The notes under the pieces are model-generated. The model had not been told where the DNA came from, searched no databases, and saw only the letters and a list, made by a program, of their open reading frames with translations. From contig KZ538462.1 in NCBI GenBank assembly GCA_000934665.2, positions 1 to 64,000 on the forward strand: DNA of 64,000 nt. The letters run 5' to 3'. The position numbers were made by a program, and so were the translations under genes. This stretch comes from Catajapyx aquilonaris (taxonomy: Eukaryota). Of this stretch, positions 1 through 12,334 are shown in pieces. The first letter of the stretch is position 1; each line of letters opens with the position of its first letter.

Positions 1-639
1 CGGCCTAGAAGTGACCTTTTCATCGAGTTGAAGTGAAAGGAAAATGACGTTCCCCAAAAGCCCATTTGAATGGCGGCAGGAACGCGACAAAGTCGGGGAA
101 TGCTTCTGCGCCCGTATGTCCACAATTTTAATGCAATCATATCGAGTATGGTACCATATAGTAAAGGCCAAACCTTTGCGCAGGGCACCTACTTCTTGAT
201 TTTTCCGATTAACGGTGCGTTTTGCCACAAAAAATTTTAATTCCCTCAAAAATGCACCTACCGTATTTTTACTAATGCGCCGCCTTAACCTTAACGTGGT
301 GGTGGGCCTTGAGTACTCCAGCGACCCCATAGCTGCCTGCTGGCACAGTCATCCAGGCCAGGTTTGCCATTATTTTTGGGGTTGGGGAATGACTAAGAGA
401 GGTGCCGGTCTTTCAATGCTATTCTACATTTACTGCACAACCTTCAATTTTTCATTATAAACTTTTGCTGGATTTTTAAGGCGTATTGTGTACTCTCTTA
501 CAATCTGACATCCGCAGTTTGGTGTTTGGACTTCATGCAAATGCAATATGCTTCATGTAACAGGTATGCCAACATTGTATAGCAATAATTATTTCAAAGA
601 TTACTACCAAATCAATGACTTACACCTACATGGAAAAGT

Positions 640-676
640 ATTTCATAACCCGAGCAACGCCGGGTATCCTGCTAGT
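640..676 (+). mobile_element. Helitron 3' terminus (subterminal hairpin + CTAG); upstream 1-640 may be the element body
   Basis: Hairpin ACCCG-agcaacgc-CGGGT (648-665), then CTAG (672-675) followed by T, the canonical Helitron 3' end. The 5' end is not visible. Confidence 0.6.
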
Positions 677-709
677 ATAAGATAATATAAGATTGTTATT
701 CCGTATGTT

Positions 710-1019
710 ACCGAAGCAGTAGTGGTGGAGTGGATAGGGTATCCGACTGCTAATCGGGAGGTCCTGGGTTCGAATCCCGGAGGCCGGCGACCCTGACCAT
801 GGTTTTCTGTGGTTTCCCATGGTCCTTGCAGGATAATTCCGGGGTCGTTACCGTAATATAGGCCACAGCCGCTTCCTTCCTTCCCTTTCCCTGCTCATTC
901 CGAAGATGAGAAAAATAGTAAAAAATGGAAGAGTTCCAGACAAAAAAATTGGGAGAAATCCCCCCCTAGGAAGGCCCGTAGGCTGATAATGGGGTATCAA
1001 ATTATAATAATAATTATTA
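710..1019 (+). mobile_element. tRNA-derived SINE, full length, with 14-bp TSD
   Basis: Pol III A box-like TGGTGGAGTGG (~723) and B box GGTTCGAATCC (~767). The body GGTTTTCTGTGGTTTCCC...GGCCACAGCCGCTTCCTTCC resembles insect SINE cores. It ends in a 3' stem-loop and AAT/ATT tail. Direct repeat TTATTCCGTATGTT at 696-709 and 1020-1033. Confidence 0.85.
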
Positions 1020-1631
1020 TTATTCCGTATGTTTTAACGTATTTCATAATTAAATCAGTCAAACAGTTGGCCGGCAGTATACTCGAATTTCGAGTTTTTA
1101 CAGCGAAATTTTTGAAAATTAATTTAGGGATTTCTGTGGGAGGCAACTGTAGTTTCCAACACATTCATAATGCTTTCCACGAATGGGTAAGTATAGCTGT
1201 TAATATTATTTTGTAAAACATCTTGTTTGTATCTTGAGTTCACGGCTAAGCGGAAAACTAGGCGACGCGACGGTGGGTATAGCTGGTACTGCCCCGTCGA
1301 GTTCTCATTGCCTAGATTCTAGATGGCTGGGGGCGAAAGGGCTAAAGGAAGTTTCGTGCAGATTAGCTTTGTAACATAGTAAAAAAGCCCAAAGAAAAGT
1401 TTACAAGCGTATTATGTAATAGGCTTGCTCTTGGTTGTAGTAGTACGGTATATCCAATTATCATCATTCACTGCTCAGGTATGACTTTACACGTTCTGCA
1501 ATTATAAACATGGAATGAAGGCATCATTTCATGTGGGCTATACTTTAAAGACAATCCATTCGAAGATTACTGTAGTTGACTGGCCATTATTTGCATGACA
1601 ACGTATCACTCCAACCAATTACAAGAGTTGC

Positions 1632-1704
<73 letters not shown>

Positions 1705-1830
1705 GATACCCCGTGATAGGCCCCTTGGGCCTCTTAGGGGATAATCTTTTGAATAACCGATTTTAATCATTTGCCTGTAATGTGATGGATTTTGATAGTG
1801 GGAGGAAACGGGAGAACCCCGTGATTGGTT
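1632..1830 (-). mobile_element. 3' fragment of a SINE/LINE ending in an (ATT)n tail
   Basis: Minus strand reads CCCCTAAGAGGCCCAAGGGGCCTATCACGGGGTATCC(ATT)n, resembling the 3' end of the 710-1019 SINE (CCCCTAGGAAGGCCCGTAGGCTGATAATGGGGTATC). (AAT)n run at about 1632-1702. Confidence 0.6.
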
Positions 1831-2453
1831 CATGAATGGTTTTGCTTGCTTGTAATGTTTTACTTACTGACCCACATAGTCAATGAAATCTTAGAGTAGG
1901 ACGTTAATTGGACAATCATCCTGTGTCTCTGGAACATCCTGATTAAAATCTGCAGCTCCCAACTTCTTCAAAGTGAGATAATTGATGACAGTATGATGCT
2001 CAAAACTGCCAATACTGAAATTTGCAGTGCTCTCGATTTTTTCCATATCTTTTACACGATTCATATGGGGATGGTGACAAGACATGCCTTGTGATCAGGG
2101 CAGGAATGCCAAGGGAATGCCTACGGTGATCAATTTTCGTGTCTATTTAAAAACTTGGTCATGGAAACACTCATTACTCTCCTGATGACCCTCACAGATC
2201 CGCATTCCCCAAACTGCACTGCTTAAATTGCAACACTGTACAATCACCTGAATGAAATTCAAGTACTGGATTTCTTTTCCTCCTTTATTTAAATAACACA
2301 CTTGTTTTTTTGGACGGTCTCACTACAAACAACAAAGACTTGGAAAAATGGCATCATTGAAAATCACAACATGCAAAAAAAACTTCCCTCTCAAGAAATG
2401 TGTGTCCAAGTGGGAAAGATGCGTGGATGAAACAATTTGGGCTGCAGATCTTC

Positions 2454-5400
2454 TTAATAAATGACGTTCATGGGTGACCCTTTGCAAGATGAAGTCACTG
2501 CTTCTTCCAGGGTATTGTCCAGCTTCCTGTAGTTGTTGCTGTTTGGCCTCTTTCCTCGGGAATTGCGAACTTTCCTGCCTTCTATCACAAGTGCAATTAT
2601 CTGAGGAAAGAGCATTATATTATCGAGTCTGATTCAAATATAGCGACTGCCACATGACACGATTTAAACCCCAACAACAAAATAACATTAGGAAAACTAC
2701 CCATATGTATTACTGGTAATGATGAACTTTTTACAAGCATAACAAGTACATGACCGCATTTAAAAATTTAAAAATTGCAAAATTCCATTGAACACTTGTG
2801 ACACTCCCCTTCTCATTAGCGTCACCGCACATTCCTCCAAGTAACTAACCTTCCAAGTGATGAGTTCATTGCTCTCCATAAAGTAACTAACCTTTTGTTT
2901 GTTGTGGAACAGTAGGTACCCAATAATGCACATGATGACCATTGTTAAGAAATATGCAAAGAAGTGTGAATCTTCTGCATCTTGAAAACTTTGCACTGGT
3001 TCGACAGGAACCTGGTTCATTGGCCTACTCTCCTCCTTGGGGCTTTGTTCTGAAATGAAGTGGATCATTGGAAAGAATGACATTGCATTAATCATAATAT
3101 GCAGATGAGCTACTTTCGACAAAATGCTAAATCATTAGTAGTATCGTGCATGTAACGACCGCCAAAATGCCACTGATTCTCAGGCTATTCATGTGCATGG
3201 TAGTTGATTAGGTCTTCATGCATTTTAAAAGCATTACACCCATCTCACCATTCATGGACATGTGTAAGGAATTGTCGTGTCAATGGCTACAGTTGTTGTA
3301 CCTGTTGTTTGAGTAATGGTAGGCTATGTTATTTTTTCTGGGCACATAATCTTACAGAAAATATTAGGGAACAACGATATGCAGACAATCAAGAATGTGT
3401 TACACCTCTTCTATCATAAGTTTGTTGCTAATTCTCCTGGGACACTCGTATAATAATGTTGATCATTTCTTGCAGCAAATACAAAATATAGTTATTCAGA
3501 TATCAGCCAGTGGTCACTTACAAATCGGCATGTCTGCATTCTTTGAACAATAACTTTTTTGGGCACATTTTCTGACAAAAATTAGCACCTTTGCATGGTG
3601 TACATGTTGAAAACTCACTGCAATGCAATGATGCAAAAAAAAAGTTGGAATTTTGTTGTGGACAATTATTATTCTGTAAAGTTTTTTCAGCACATACTGA
3701 GTCTGTAAATTGGGGATGGATGCATGCTGCATGTGCAAGGTGACACAACTGTTGACTAAAAGCACACTGGTTTACACAGATAATTATCTCATGGCCAAAG
3801 GGAACTGAGTGTACAGTGTGACAAAGTTAGAATTTCCATGTAGATAATAGCAGTAGGATACTCATAGGAGCAATCCAAGAACATGTTCTAGACTCACAAG
3901 TTGGAGCAATGAATAAACTGTAGCTGATCTCTGCCTTCAGAGAAGGCCTGCTCTTCGTGACATTTGCAAAAGCAGTCTGAAGCTTGCTACTGTTCCGTCT
4001 CAACAACATACACTCTCAATTCCTTCTAAGCCACATTTAGACACGCAGTGCATAAAATTTAACAATTAATCCCACGTGTATTAGGAGAAAAAGTGAAGGT
4101 TGGTTATTAACATGTCTGCAGATGTGTGCACAAAAGATTTACATGCTCAACAACTTCACAATAAACATGCAAATCCTTGTTCTGCCCTCGTAGTGAAAAA
4201 TAATGACACTACACAGGCATGAATAAGGGTTTTGCTAATTTTTTTTTCTCCCGTGCTCTGCAAGAAAAAGGTGAATAACAGCTGCAGAAAAATCAGGAAA
4301 GATGTACAAGTTCTAACAAGGAGGATTCAGGCCTAAGACATATTAGTCTCGTGAAAAATTACACCATACCTAGCTTTTCGGTGTACTCGTCATCATAATC
4401 TGCATGAGGAGGTAAAAGAATTAAAAAATTTATGATTGTACAATGTACGAGGGATTTAAATTATTTTATTCTTTACTGGCTCCTGATTTATGAATTTATC
4501 CACTTATAAAAGCAATTATTTTGCCAGATGCATTGATTTTTTGCGCTTTTCCCCCTTAATTGGTAAGTGTGGCCAAGGCAGAATTATTTCTTAATGCAGC
4601 TTGATATGCTTCAGTTTTTCACTGGCAGAAATTTCACTTAAAGAGGACGATGAGACGAGAGCCAGTAATATCATTTCACGAGGGACGATGAATTGAGTAT
4701 GTGTACCATATCTCACTTAACCAAAGTCTTCTTGACCCTTCCTGGAATATGTCACATTAATTCAACATCGACACTGAATCACCACATATTACGAGGCATC
4801 AAATATTGGACTTGAAGTCAGATTTGCCAAGAAAGCACCACAGATATAGCACAAGTCAATCAAGAAATGGGTCACATACTCAAATCATCTACTTAAACTT
4901 AACACTAGTCTACAGTAGTTTATACATACAAGCAGCCTCTGACTTGTGTAAAAATTTTGGACACGAGGAAATTCTATGGAATGAACTAGTAATGTTTTAT
5001 GCCACCGATTTTCAGAAAATATGCTCAATTATTGCGGCAACTGCACACATGAACTTGCCCACCAAGGCTTACTTTCTCACTCACTCTACATCGACTACAT
5101 GTGATAGACATTTGCACATATTCTGGGCCTCGCAAGGAATCCCTTTTCACTCAGAATGACCTCAATAGAATACAACAGAGATTCCAGTATTGATATATTT
5201 ATGAGGTACAGAAAAGGTACACTAACGAAATGGTTACGTAAAACTCGAATTACGCATAATGTTGCGGAACTATCCACTTACTTAAGTCAGGACTGCCTGT
5301 AAAAGACTGCATTGTGTGTGCCACTTGCATTATAAAAATAATCCAAAAATACTGAACACTGAAATTAAATGAGAGTATCATATGGAGCACATGGAAGCCT

Positions 5401-7133
5401 AAATTTTGGCATTAAAAATTCATACAAGTTCAATTGTGGCATTCTGCAACTTAGATCAATCTCACACCTTATGACCTACAAAGTCCACTACAGCCTTGCA
5501 AGTCAATTCCTTGCAAAAAGGTATAGGAAATCTTAATATCTTAGCATATTCAGAATATTAATTGTACAAGAGAATAAATCACTATTTACAGTTGTGACTC
5601 ATACAACATTTAAGTAACAAAAATCCATCCTCTCATTTTTAACAGAAAAATCTACAATAATAGCAATACACCATAGTTATGCAGAAATTTACAGCCCTCA
5701 CAATATTACTACTCCACAGTTCCAATATATTTAAATTAAATTTAAATTTAAAATCCAGCCCAACAATACAATACCTCTGGCACTCATACAATACCCTAAT
5801 ATAATTTAATTACACAAATACTTTAAAAGAAGTGAATTGGCACCTATATTTACCCTCAATGTTTGAAACCTCAACATTCGCTGTCTGCTTTCCCATTTCA
5901 TTTTCTTCGTCTTCATTGGCCAAAGTCAAGGATTCTTCCCCTTTCGTCTGTCCTGTTTCTTTAGGAACTGCATTTAAGGCCGGTTTCGTATCAGGTTTCT
6001 CAGCTTCAGCAGGTGCCTCTTGCTGGGCAGGAACTGATTTAGGTGGCACTGGCTCCTTTTCTGGGGCATAATGTGAGCTCCCTTGATCTTTGAGACCATC
6101 CCCTACATCACTTGCTTCATGGCCTGCGCTTGCGGCACTTACTACATCCTCATTCTTCTTAGGTTTCACTTCAGGCTGAGCTTTAGATGGTTCCTCATTC
6201 TTTGTGGCTTCCTGAGGGTTAGGGCCTTCAGACAATGCTGCAGCATTTACAGCATCTAGAGCGGTGGTGCTCGCTTGGTTGACTTTGGCTGATGCAGGTC
6301 CTGTCTTTGTTGAGATGGGTGATTCTGGTTCATTCCGAGGTAACGGGGAATCCAAATTGGTTTCACCAAGTCCTTGTTGATTACCTTCTACTGCATTGGG
6401 TGTGGAAATGTCTATTGGGCTGGATTCATCTTGGGGTTCTGAAGAAGAAAAAAAATCGGCTGTAGACAATAGGCTGTACACCTAGTAATTTATATCAGGT
6501 GTCCATTTTCCCCACAACTTAACATTAACTTAACATTAACTAGTATATTGTTAATGTTTACTATTGTGCCAAGATTTGAAAATGCAACACACACAGTTGT
6601 AATTAATTGCCCCTAAGAATATAAAATTCTTTGTGTGTTTAAAGCATGACAAAATAATTTTCAGTGAAATCAATGACACTCAGGTCATTTTTCTTAATGA
6701 GATGGACAAAAAAAAAATCACAATCTATGCAGGTGTTCCTAATAAAACACTCCTAATAGTCATAAATTTTGGCACCAAGCTGCTTTATGTAGCAATTACT
6801 TTTTCATATTTACTTTCAGTGATGGGATCAACTGGAATGTTTTCAACTAATTGTTCATTTGATTGTTCGAGCCAGATGAGTGCAGTGCCTCCTAGATCAA
6901 TCAATCAAATGATTAATAAGTCAACCAGCCCAGCAGAATTCTCCCATGCCATAATTAATTGAGGGAACAACACTGCTATTAATCAGGACCAGCTGAGAAC
7001 AGCAACATATCATCTCACATGGCAATAGCTTCTCTTCCTTTATGCCCCTTTAATGTGCCTTTGAACAAGACACACTACCATTTTCTTTGATTACCCTTGA
7101 AATATTTAGCCAAGTGTATGGCTCTATTGCAGG

Positions 7134-7185
<52 letters not shown>

Positions 7186-9407
7186 AGCCAAGTGTGTTTT
7201 CACATAAGGAACCATGAAAACATGCACAGCATGCAGTCCTTAATTTCCGCAGATATATCCTTCGCAATAGCAGCACACGTGAATTATTGCCTGGTTTGTG
7301 ACATTTGAATAGACCTTGCATTGAAGGCCATATAGCCAATGCCTCATTAGGAATTCAAATCCAGCATGAAAAGCCATCATAAAAATGCACCTGTTTCATC
7401 CAGACGCCTTTGAGGCAACAACAATATAAAATTCTGATCTAACATCATGCAGGGAAAATGGAAGAGTGCAGAGAAGCAATAAGAAAATGCAGCACACTCT
7501 TGCCAGAAATGAAACCTATTGAGAGGTCTCGATTTGCAAAACAATGACGTTGTCAGTAAAATGCATTACAGTGAAGCTACAAGCACGATGCAGGGAAAGG
7601 CGTGGCACTCATCTTGGTCCTCCATTCCTTCGATTTTCTTTAAGAGGAAATGCCTCTTGTTGATTTAGGCAATTTCAGCACTATTACAGAGATAATGACA
7701 ATTTTCATGATGCCACCCAAATGTACTTTAGAAAACATCCTGCCCTGTCAGATCACCCTGCAAACATGTGGGATTAGGGGTTAGAGTAACAAAAAGGATG
7801 TTTCTAGCCATTTAAGTGGGTGATGTCATGACATTTTGCAGGAGCTGAAACACCCTATGGTATTTTAATATTTTAAAAAATTTCCCAATGTACGGCCAAG
7901 ATTAAGTGCACCACCTTGTATATCAAGAGTGTGTGTAACATGGACTGCCTGCATCTGGTTTTCCTATAATAAGGCTCCACACTAACTCACAAAACATTCT
8001 CCCCTACAGACATCATGCACTGCATTCAATGGAGAGTTCCACTGAATTTGACTTTCATAAAGAGCAGTGCAGCACCAAAATACGCCGCATTAACCAGACA
8101 GATTAATCAGCAGGAAATCATAATACCATACTTGTCCTTGCCAAGTGCAAGGAATGACATTATCTGACCACTTTTTATCACACCGAGCACTCATCTACAC
8201 ACCACTGAAATACTAGAAATTAGGAAAACGCTAACGCAGCAATTCTGACCTTCATGATCGGCTTCATCTCCAGCACCTGGAGCTGCCTGCTGTTTATTCC
8301 CATTGGCAGGTTTATGTTCCTTTTGTAGTATGTCCAGTCCCCAAATCAGTGCGGTGCACAGCTGATTTACAGGGGCACATCCCAGCTGGCATGAGCTGCT
8401 GTTAGTCACAATTTGATAGAAGTTATTGTAATCATTATCTGGTTTAATGGTCACCAAGGACAGGATTGTTGAGCAGAAGTTTTCTGCCGTGAGACCATCA
8501 ACATCTTTGGGTAAAGTCGTAAACAGACTTGCATCTGAAGGCATGTCAGCAACATTGTTAGGGACATGACATGCCCTCTTAATGGTGTCAAACAGGCCGT
8601 AGCAGAGGAATGGCATTGGGACGCGCAGGGAAAACCTGCAACAAAAGAGTATCATTTTAACACATTTTTAAATATTTTCAATGGCTCTCTAGGAGGAAGG
8701 CCACATAAGGGTATGTAGCAATGACACTGAGGGGTTAGTCACTTGATTCTACAGTATAGTGTATAATGGACTCTACGAACTTCGACTGAACTTCACGAAC
8801 TTTTTCAGAACTTTAGTAGGACTTTTAGTCTCGGTGTGTGATGGACTTTAAGAGCGACTAACCCCTTGCACTGAAGGATTTGCCGAAGAGATGTCATGGC
8901 AAGAGGCCATTTAGAAGAAAATAATGTAATCATCAGAAGTTTGTCCCTTCCTAACTGCTCTCTGCGCCAGACATTTATGTTTGGACACAATCATAATAAC
9001 ATTACCCTGCTCTGACCATCCCCTCACCTGCTATCAAACTTGTTCTGGATGGGTTCGTCGCAGAACACATTGAGCCATTCCTGGAAGCCCCACGTTTTTT
9101 CACTCTCGTTGTAACTCTCAATGGGAGGGAAGACACAAGGAGTCCCCTTCAACCTCTCCTTGTCCAGAAACGCAACGATGAGCTGGGACAGCATGTCCTC
9201 TTCCTTCTTCTCCTTCTCCTCCTCATTTGTAATAAGATCCTGCACACTCTTCAGCAGTGCTGTGTGCTGCACTTGATGCCCAGACACTTCGGGTTGTTGC
9301 CTGGAAATCGCCTCTTGTTCCTGTCCCCCAGGCGGGATCATCGGCGGCGGGGCAGCGGCACACGCCCAGAGACAGGCTGCAAGAAGGAGGCACCCCGCCG
9401 AACCCAT
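2454..9407 (-). CDS. TGN38/TGOLN2(KCT2)-like type I membrane protein with Cys-rich N-terminal domain, about 560-590 aa
   Basis: Phase-consistent exons 9028-9407, 8250-8635, 5854-6438, 4370-4399, 2892-3049, 2454-2600; optional 6814-6891 and 5282-5296. Signal peptide (MGSAGCLLLAACLWACAA), 8-Cys domain, Pro/Glu/Ser-rich stalk, EDSHFFAYFLTMVIMCIIGYLLFHNKQKIIALVIEGR TM/juxtamembrane signature, and cytoplasmic YRKL (YxxPhi) ending NVIY*. Confidence 0.85.
7118..7183 (+). mobile_element. Extremely 5'-truncated poly(A) retroposon insertion
   Basis: 23 nt plus an A43 tail, flanked by the 12-bp direct repeat TTAGCCAAGTGT (7106-7117, 7184-7195). Confidence 0.75.
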
Positions 9408-9489
9408 CGCGGTCTTTCCTGCCCGCCTCGCACCGCTGTCTGTAGGCCTCGAACTTCACGGAGACGTGCCAGAAGAGGACAGTCGAATT

Positions 9490-9645
9490 CAGTGGGCCGC
9501 CATCTTGGTTTTGGGCACGTCAACTGCTACTCCAACAAGTCAAGCCGGTAGCATAGCTGCTACATTCCGTTGCATGTGATTGGTCCGATCTGTTCAATCC
9601 AGCTTCGTTATTGGTCAGTTCATCCGAGCTGTTTACACGTGAACA
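9490..9645. promoter_or_regulatory. Probable bidirectional housekeeping promoter (TGN38-like / RNF181)
   Basis: Lies between head-to-head genes. YY1-like AAGATGGCGGC (minus, 9496-9506), two CCAAT boxes 31 bp apart (minus, 9579-9583 and 9610-9614), E-box CACGTG 9636-9641. Confidence 0.5.
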
Positions 9646-10125
9646 TTCTCAATTTTTTAATCGAGTTGAATCATGAGTTAAATATTGCAAATTTTAATTA
9701 TGATTCGAATTTTAAGCTGCGTGCTTATTTTTAAACGGTTTAAATCTACTGTCATGATGAGATGGGTTAATGATGCTTCGTTTTCAATTAGTTGACGAAA
9801 TTAATTATTTGGCATTAAATTAGGCAAGCCGACAATCACGTGCGGAATGATTTGCAGGAAAGGTTTGGAAAGCTGATTCCTTCAGGTCGGGAGTCAGAAC
9901 CAGCTGATTTTTGTCTTCTTTGTGAAAGTCATCTAGGTGAGAGGCACAGAGTGTTTAAGGTTAGAAAATTAATGTCATTCATACTCTCTCGGTGTCGCAC
10001 TTGTCAGAACACACATGCATTTGCAGATCATGCAGCCACCGCAGTAAAGAAAGAAAACATTGCATATTAAACATTGTCAAGTACGTGGCTGCAGAACGCT
10101 GAGTTTCTTGCATGCATGCCTTTAG

Positions 10126-10183
<58 letters not shown>
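10126..10183. repeat. (AAT)n microsatellite
   Basis: Perfect trinucleotide run of about 19 units. Confidence 0.95.
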
Positions 10184-10185
<2 letters not shown>

Positions 10186-10290
10186 GCATTGAATATAGAG
10201 TTACCCCGACAAGTTAGATGTCGCAATGGCAGCGATGTGTTTCAAAAACGTAGCTGAAAATTAATTAGTATCCTTCGTTGCAGGTGAAAC

Positions 10291-10918
10291 ATGAGCGGTT
10301 ATTTTGAGGAGCACAATTGCGAGCCACTGGCGGCGGGGCAGCAGCCTGACCATTACCTTCACTTTGCCCGACTTCTGCTGGACTCAGGGCACTGGCAGGA
10401 CATGCAGCTGGAGTTCTCGCAGCTGTTTGGGGATGGGCAGCGTCCGCCCCCTGCTACGTCAAAGGCCGCTAAGGAGGGTCTGGAGGAGAGGAAGATACTG
10501 GAGGACAACACGGGGAACAAGCAGTGCCCCATTTGCCTGAAGGACTACGAGGCAGGGGAGACGGTGAAGGTGCTTCCTTGCAGACATGATTTTCATCCCA
10601 CTTGCATCGGGCCATGGCTTGAAAAGGTTTGTATGTCATAAAGCAGTGTGCTACAATCTCGCAATTTTGTCACTTGACTAGAGATTTTGTTTACATGTTG
10701 TAATGACTGGTTGGTGATTTATATTATGTTATTTTTACGTTTTATTTAGGAAAATGTCTACATTTCCATGTGTTTTGTTTCAGACCAACTCATGCCCCCT
10801 CTGTCGTCATGAACTTCCAACAGATGACCCTGACTATGAAATGTATCGCAAGCAAAAGGAGAGGGCTAAGCAACGTGATGCTGATATTGAAGTACTGCAT
10901 AACTCTATGTTTTCGTAG
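10291..10918 (+). CDS. RNF181: E3 ubiquitin ligase RNF181-like, 156 aa
   Basis: Exons 10291-10626 and 10784-10918 (GT-AG, phase 0). N-terminal [17 protein letters not shown]2 CPIC...[34 protein letters not shown]-terminal LHNSMFS*. Confidence 0.9.
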
Positions 10919-11505
10919 CTCTATGCAATTGCATAAAATTGCACAATTGTTAATACAGATATCGGTGTGATATTTGTGTGAATTAGAGTATTATACCGGT
11001 ATATTGATTTGAACTGGTTGTGGAAGAACAGTTAAGCTACCTAGAGTGGTAGAATCATTCAATATGCAAATAGTTATAATTTAAATTAATGTACTGTACC
11101 AGGTTGCCAATGGAAGTGCATATAAAATCACTTGATGGGACCAAAGGAAAGTTTCCTAATGGACATGCATCTGCCATATCTGTTCAATGTGTTACTGTTA
11201 AGCATCATTTTGTATTAATCACATTATGAAAGTCCTGGTGATGGAAAATAGTTCATATTATAATGAATAAATGGCTCATGTCTAATTGATTGCTTTTGAA
11301 TGTCAGTTAATTGAAAAAAATTACACACTGCCATATGTTTGGTTCTACAGTTGCAGAACATAATAATGTTGCACAATTAAAAACATTCCCTCAATACAGT
11401 CACTCTCATTTAAAACTTTGCTTATGTCTTGTCCAAAAATTTGTTGCAGGTTTTTGGCTGTTCGATTAACTTGTCATTTTCTGAATAGTGGTCAGAATTT
11501 TAAGG

Positions 11506-11585
11506 TACAGTTGAATCCAGATGTAACAGACTTCAAGGGACCACGGAAATATGTCTGTTATAACCAAGGTCTGTTATATTGAAAC
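11506..11585 (+). mobile_element. Possible pogo/Tigger-type MITE end (degenerate)
   Basis: TA|CAGTTGAATCCAGATGTAACAGACTTCAAGGGACC with internal TCTGTTATA repeats. No partner TIR was identified. Confidence 0.35.
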
Positions 11586-12334
11586 AAACTGATGCATTTA
11601 GATGGCTAGTGATAAATCTACAGCATATAGGTTTAGGTGATACAACAAGCTTGTGTGGTCATTCACAACTTAGGTAGTGTAGTATGCAATCTTCTGTGAC
11701 AATCAAGATATTACATGACTGGCATGTCAACAGGAAGGTTGTGAAAGGGAGAATACTACTCTATATCCCTCAACTGAAGAACAAACAATGAGTCAGCCTG
11801 TGCAAGTGAATCACATGCATCAGATTTTGCTATCTCTACCAGGAAAAGAAACAATCCTGTCCATAGTGCTATATAATAAAAATAATGCTGATATTGATGA
11901 ATCACAGAAGTTTAAAAGACTAATCTAATGAGTGGAAATATTTTATTCAGATGACAATAATATTAATATCTTTAAATAGCAATTTCAGTGATAATGCTAC
12001 AAAAAACAACTCCACATGTGAACACATAATTATGTTGCTTTCTCTTATGGTTTCTGTATGGATATTTGGAAAATTTATACACATACGTAATCATGATGAA
12101 CTAGATTTATGACACTTTATTCGTACACCATACAAGTATTGATAAGTCAAGGGGCAAGTTCACTTGCAATCACATTAACATTTTAAAAGGAGCTTGAGCA
12201 GTGATAATACATTTTCACATGCATCTCTAATACTATTGTACATATAAATAAAATGCAGATCTTGTACTGTACAGAGCCTTTCTTTTGCAGTAGAGGCCTA
12301 AGGGCATTAGTTCTTTCCACTTTTATTCTCACTT

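Noticed and set aside
712..790. tRNA gene
   Set aside because: The A/B boxes continue into a SINE body and tail bounded by a TSD, and there is no good acceptor stem.
1606..1833. Poly-Tyr ORF
   Set aside because: Artefact of the (ATT)n microsatellite.
3252..3571. Possible extra TGN38-like exons (3522-3571 plus Thr-rich PTITQTTGTTT...CP*) giving a TM-less isoform
   Set aside because: They are frame-shifting or stop-containing, the acceptor is weak, and there is no independent support.
4717..4741. Further candidate microexon
   Set aside because: 25 nt, so it does not preserve frame.
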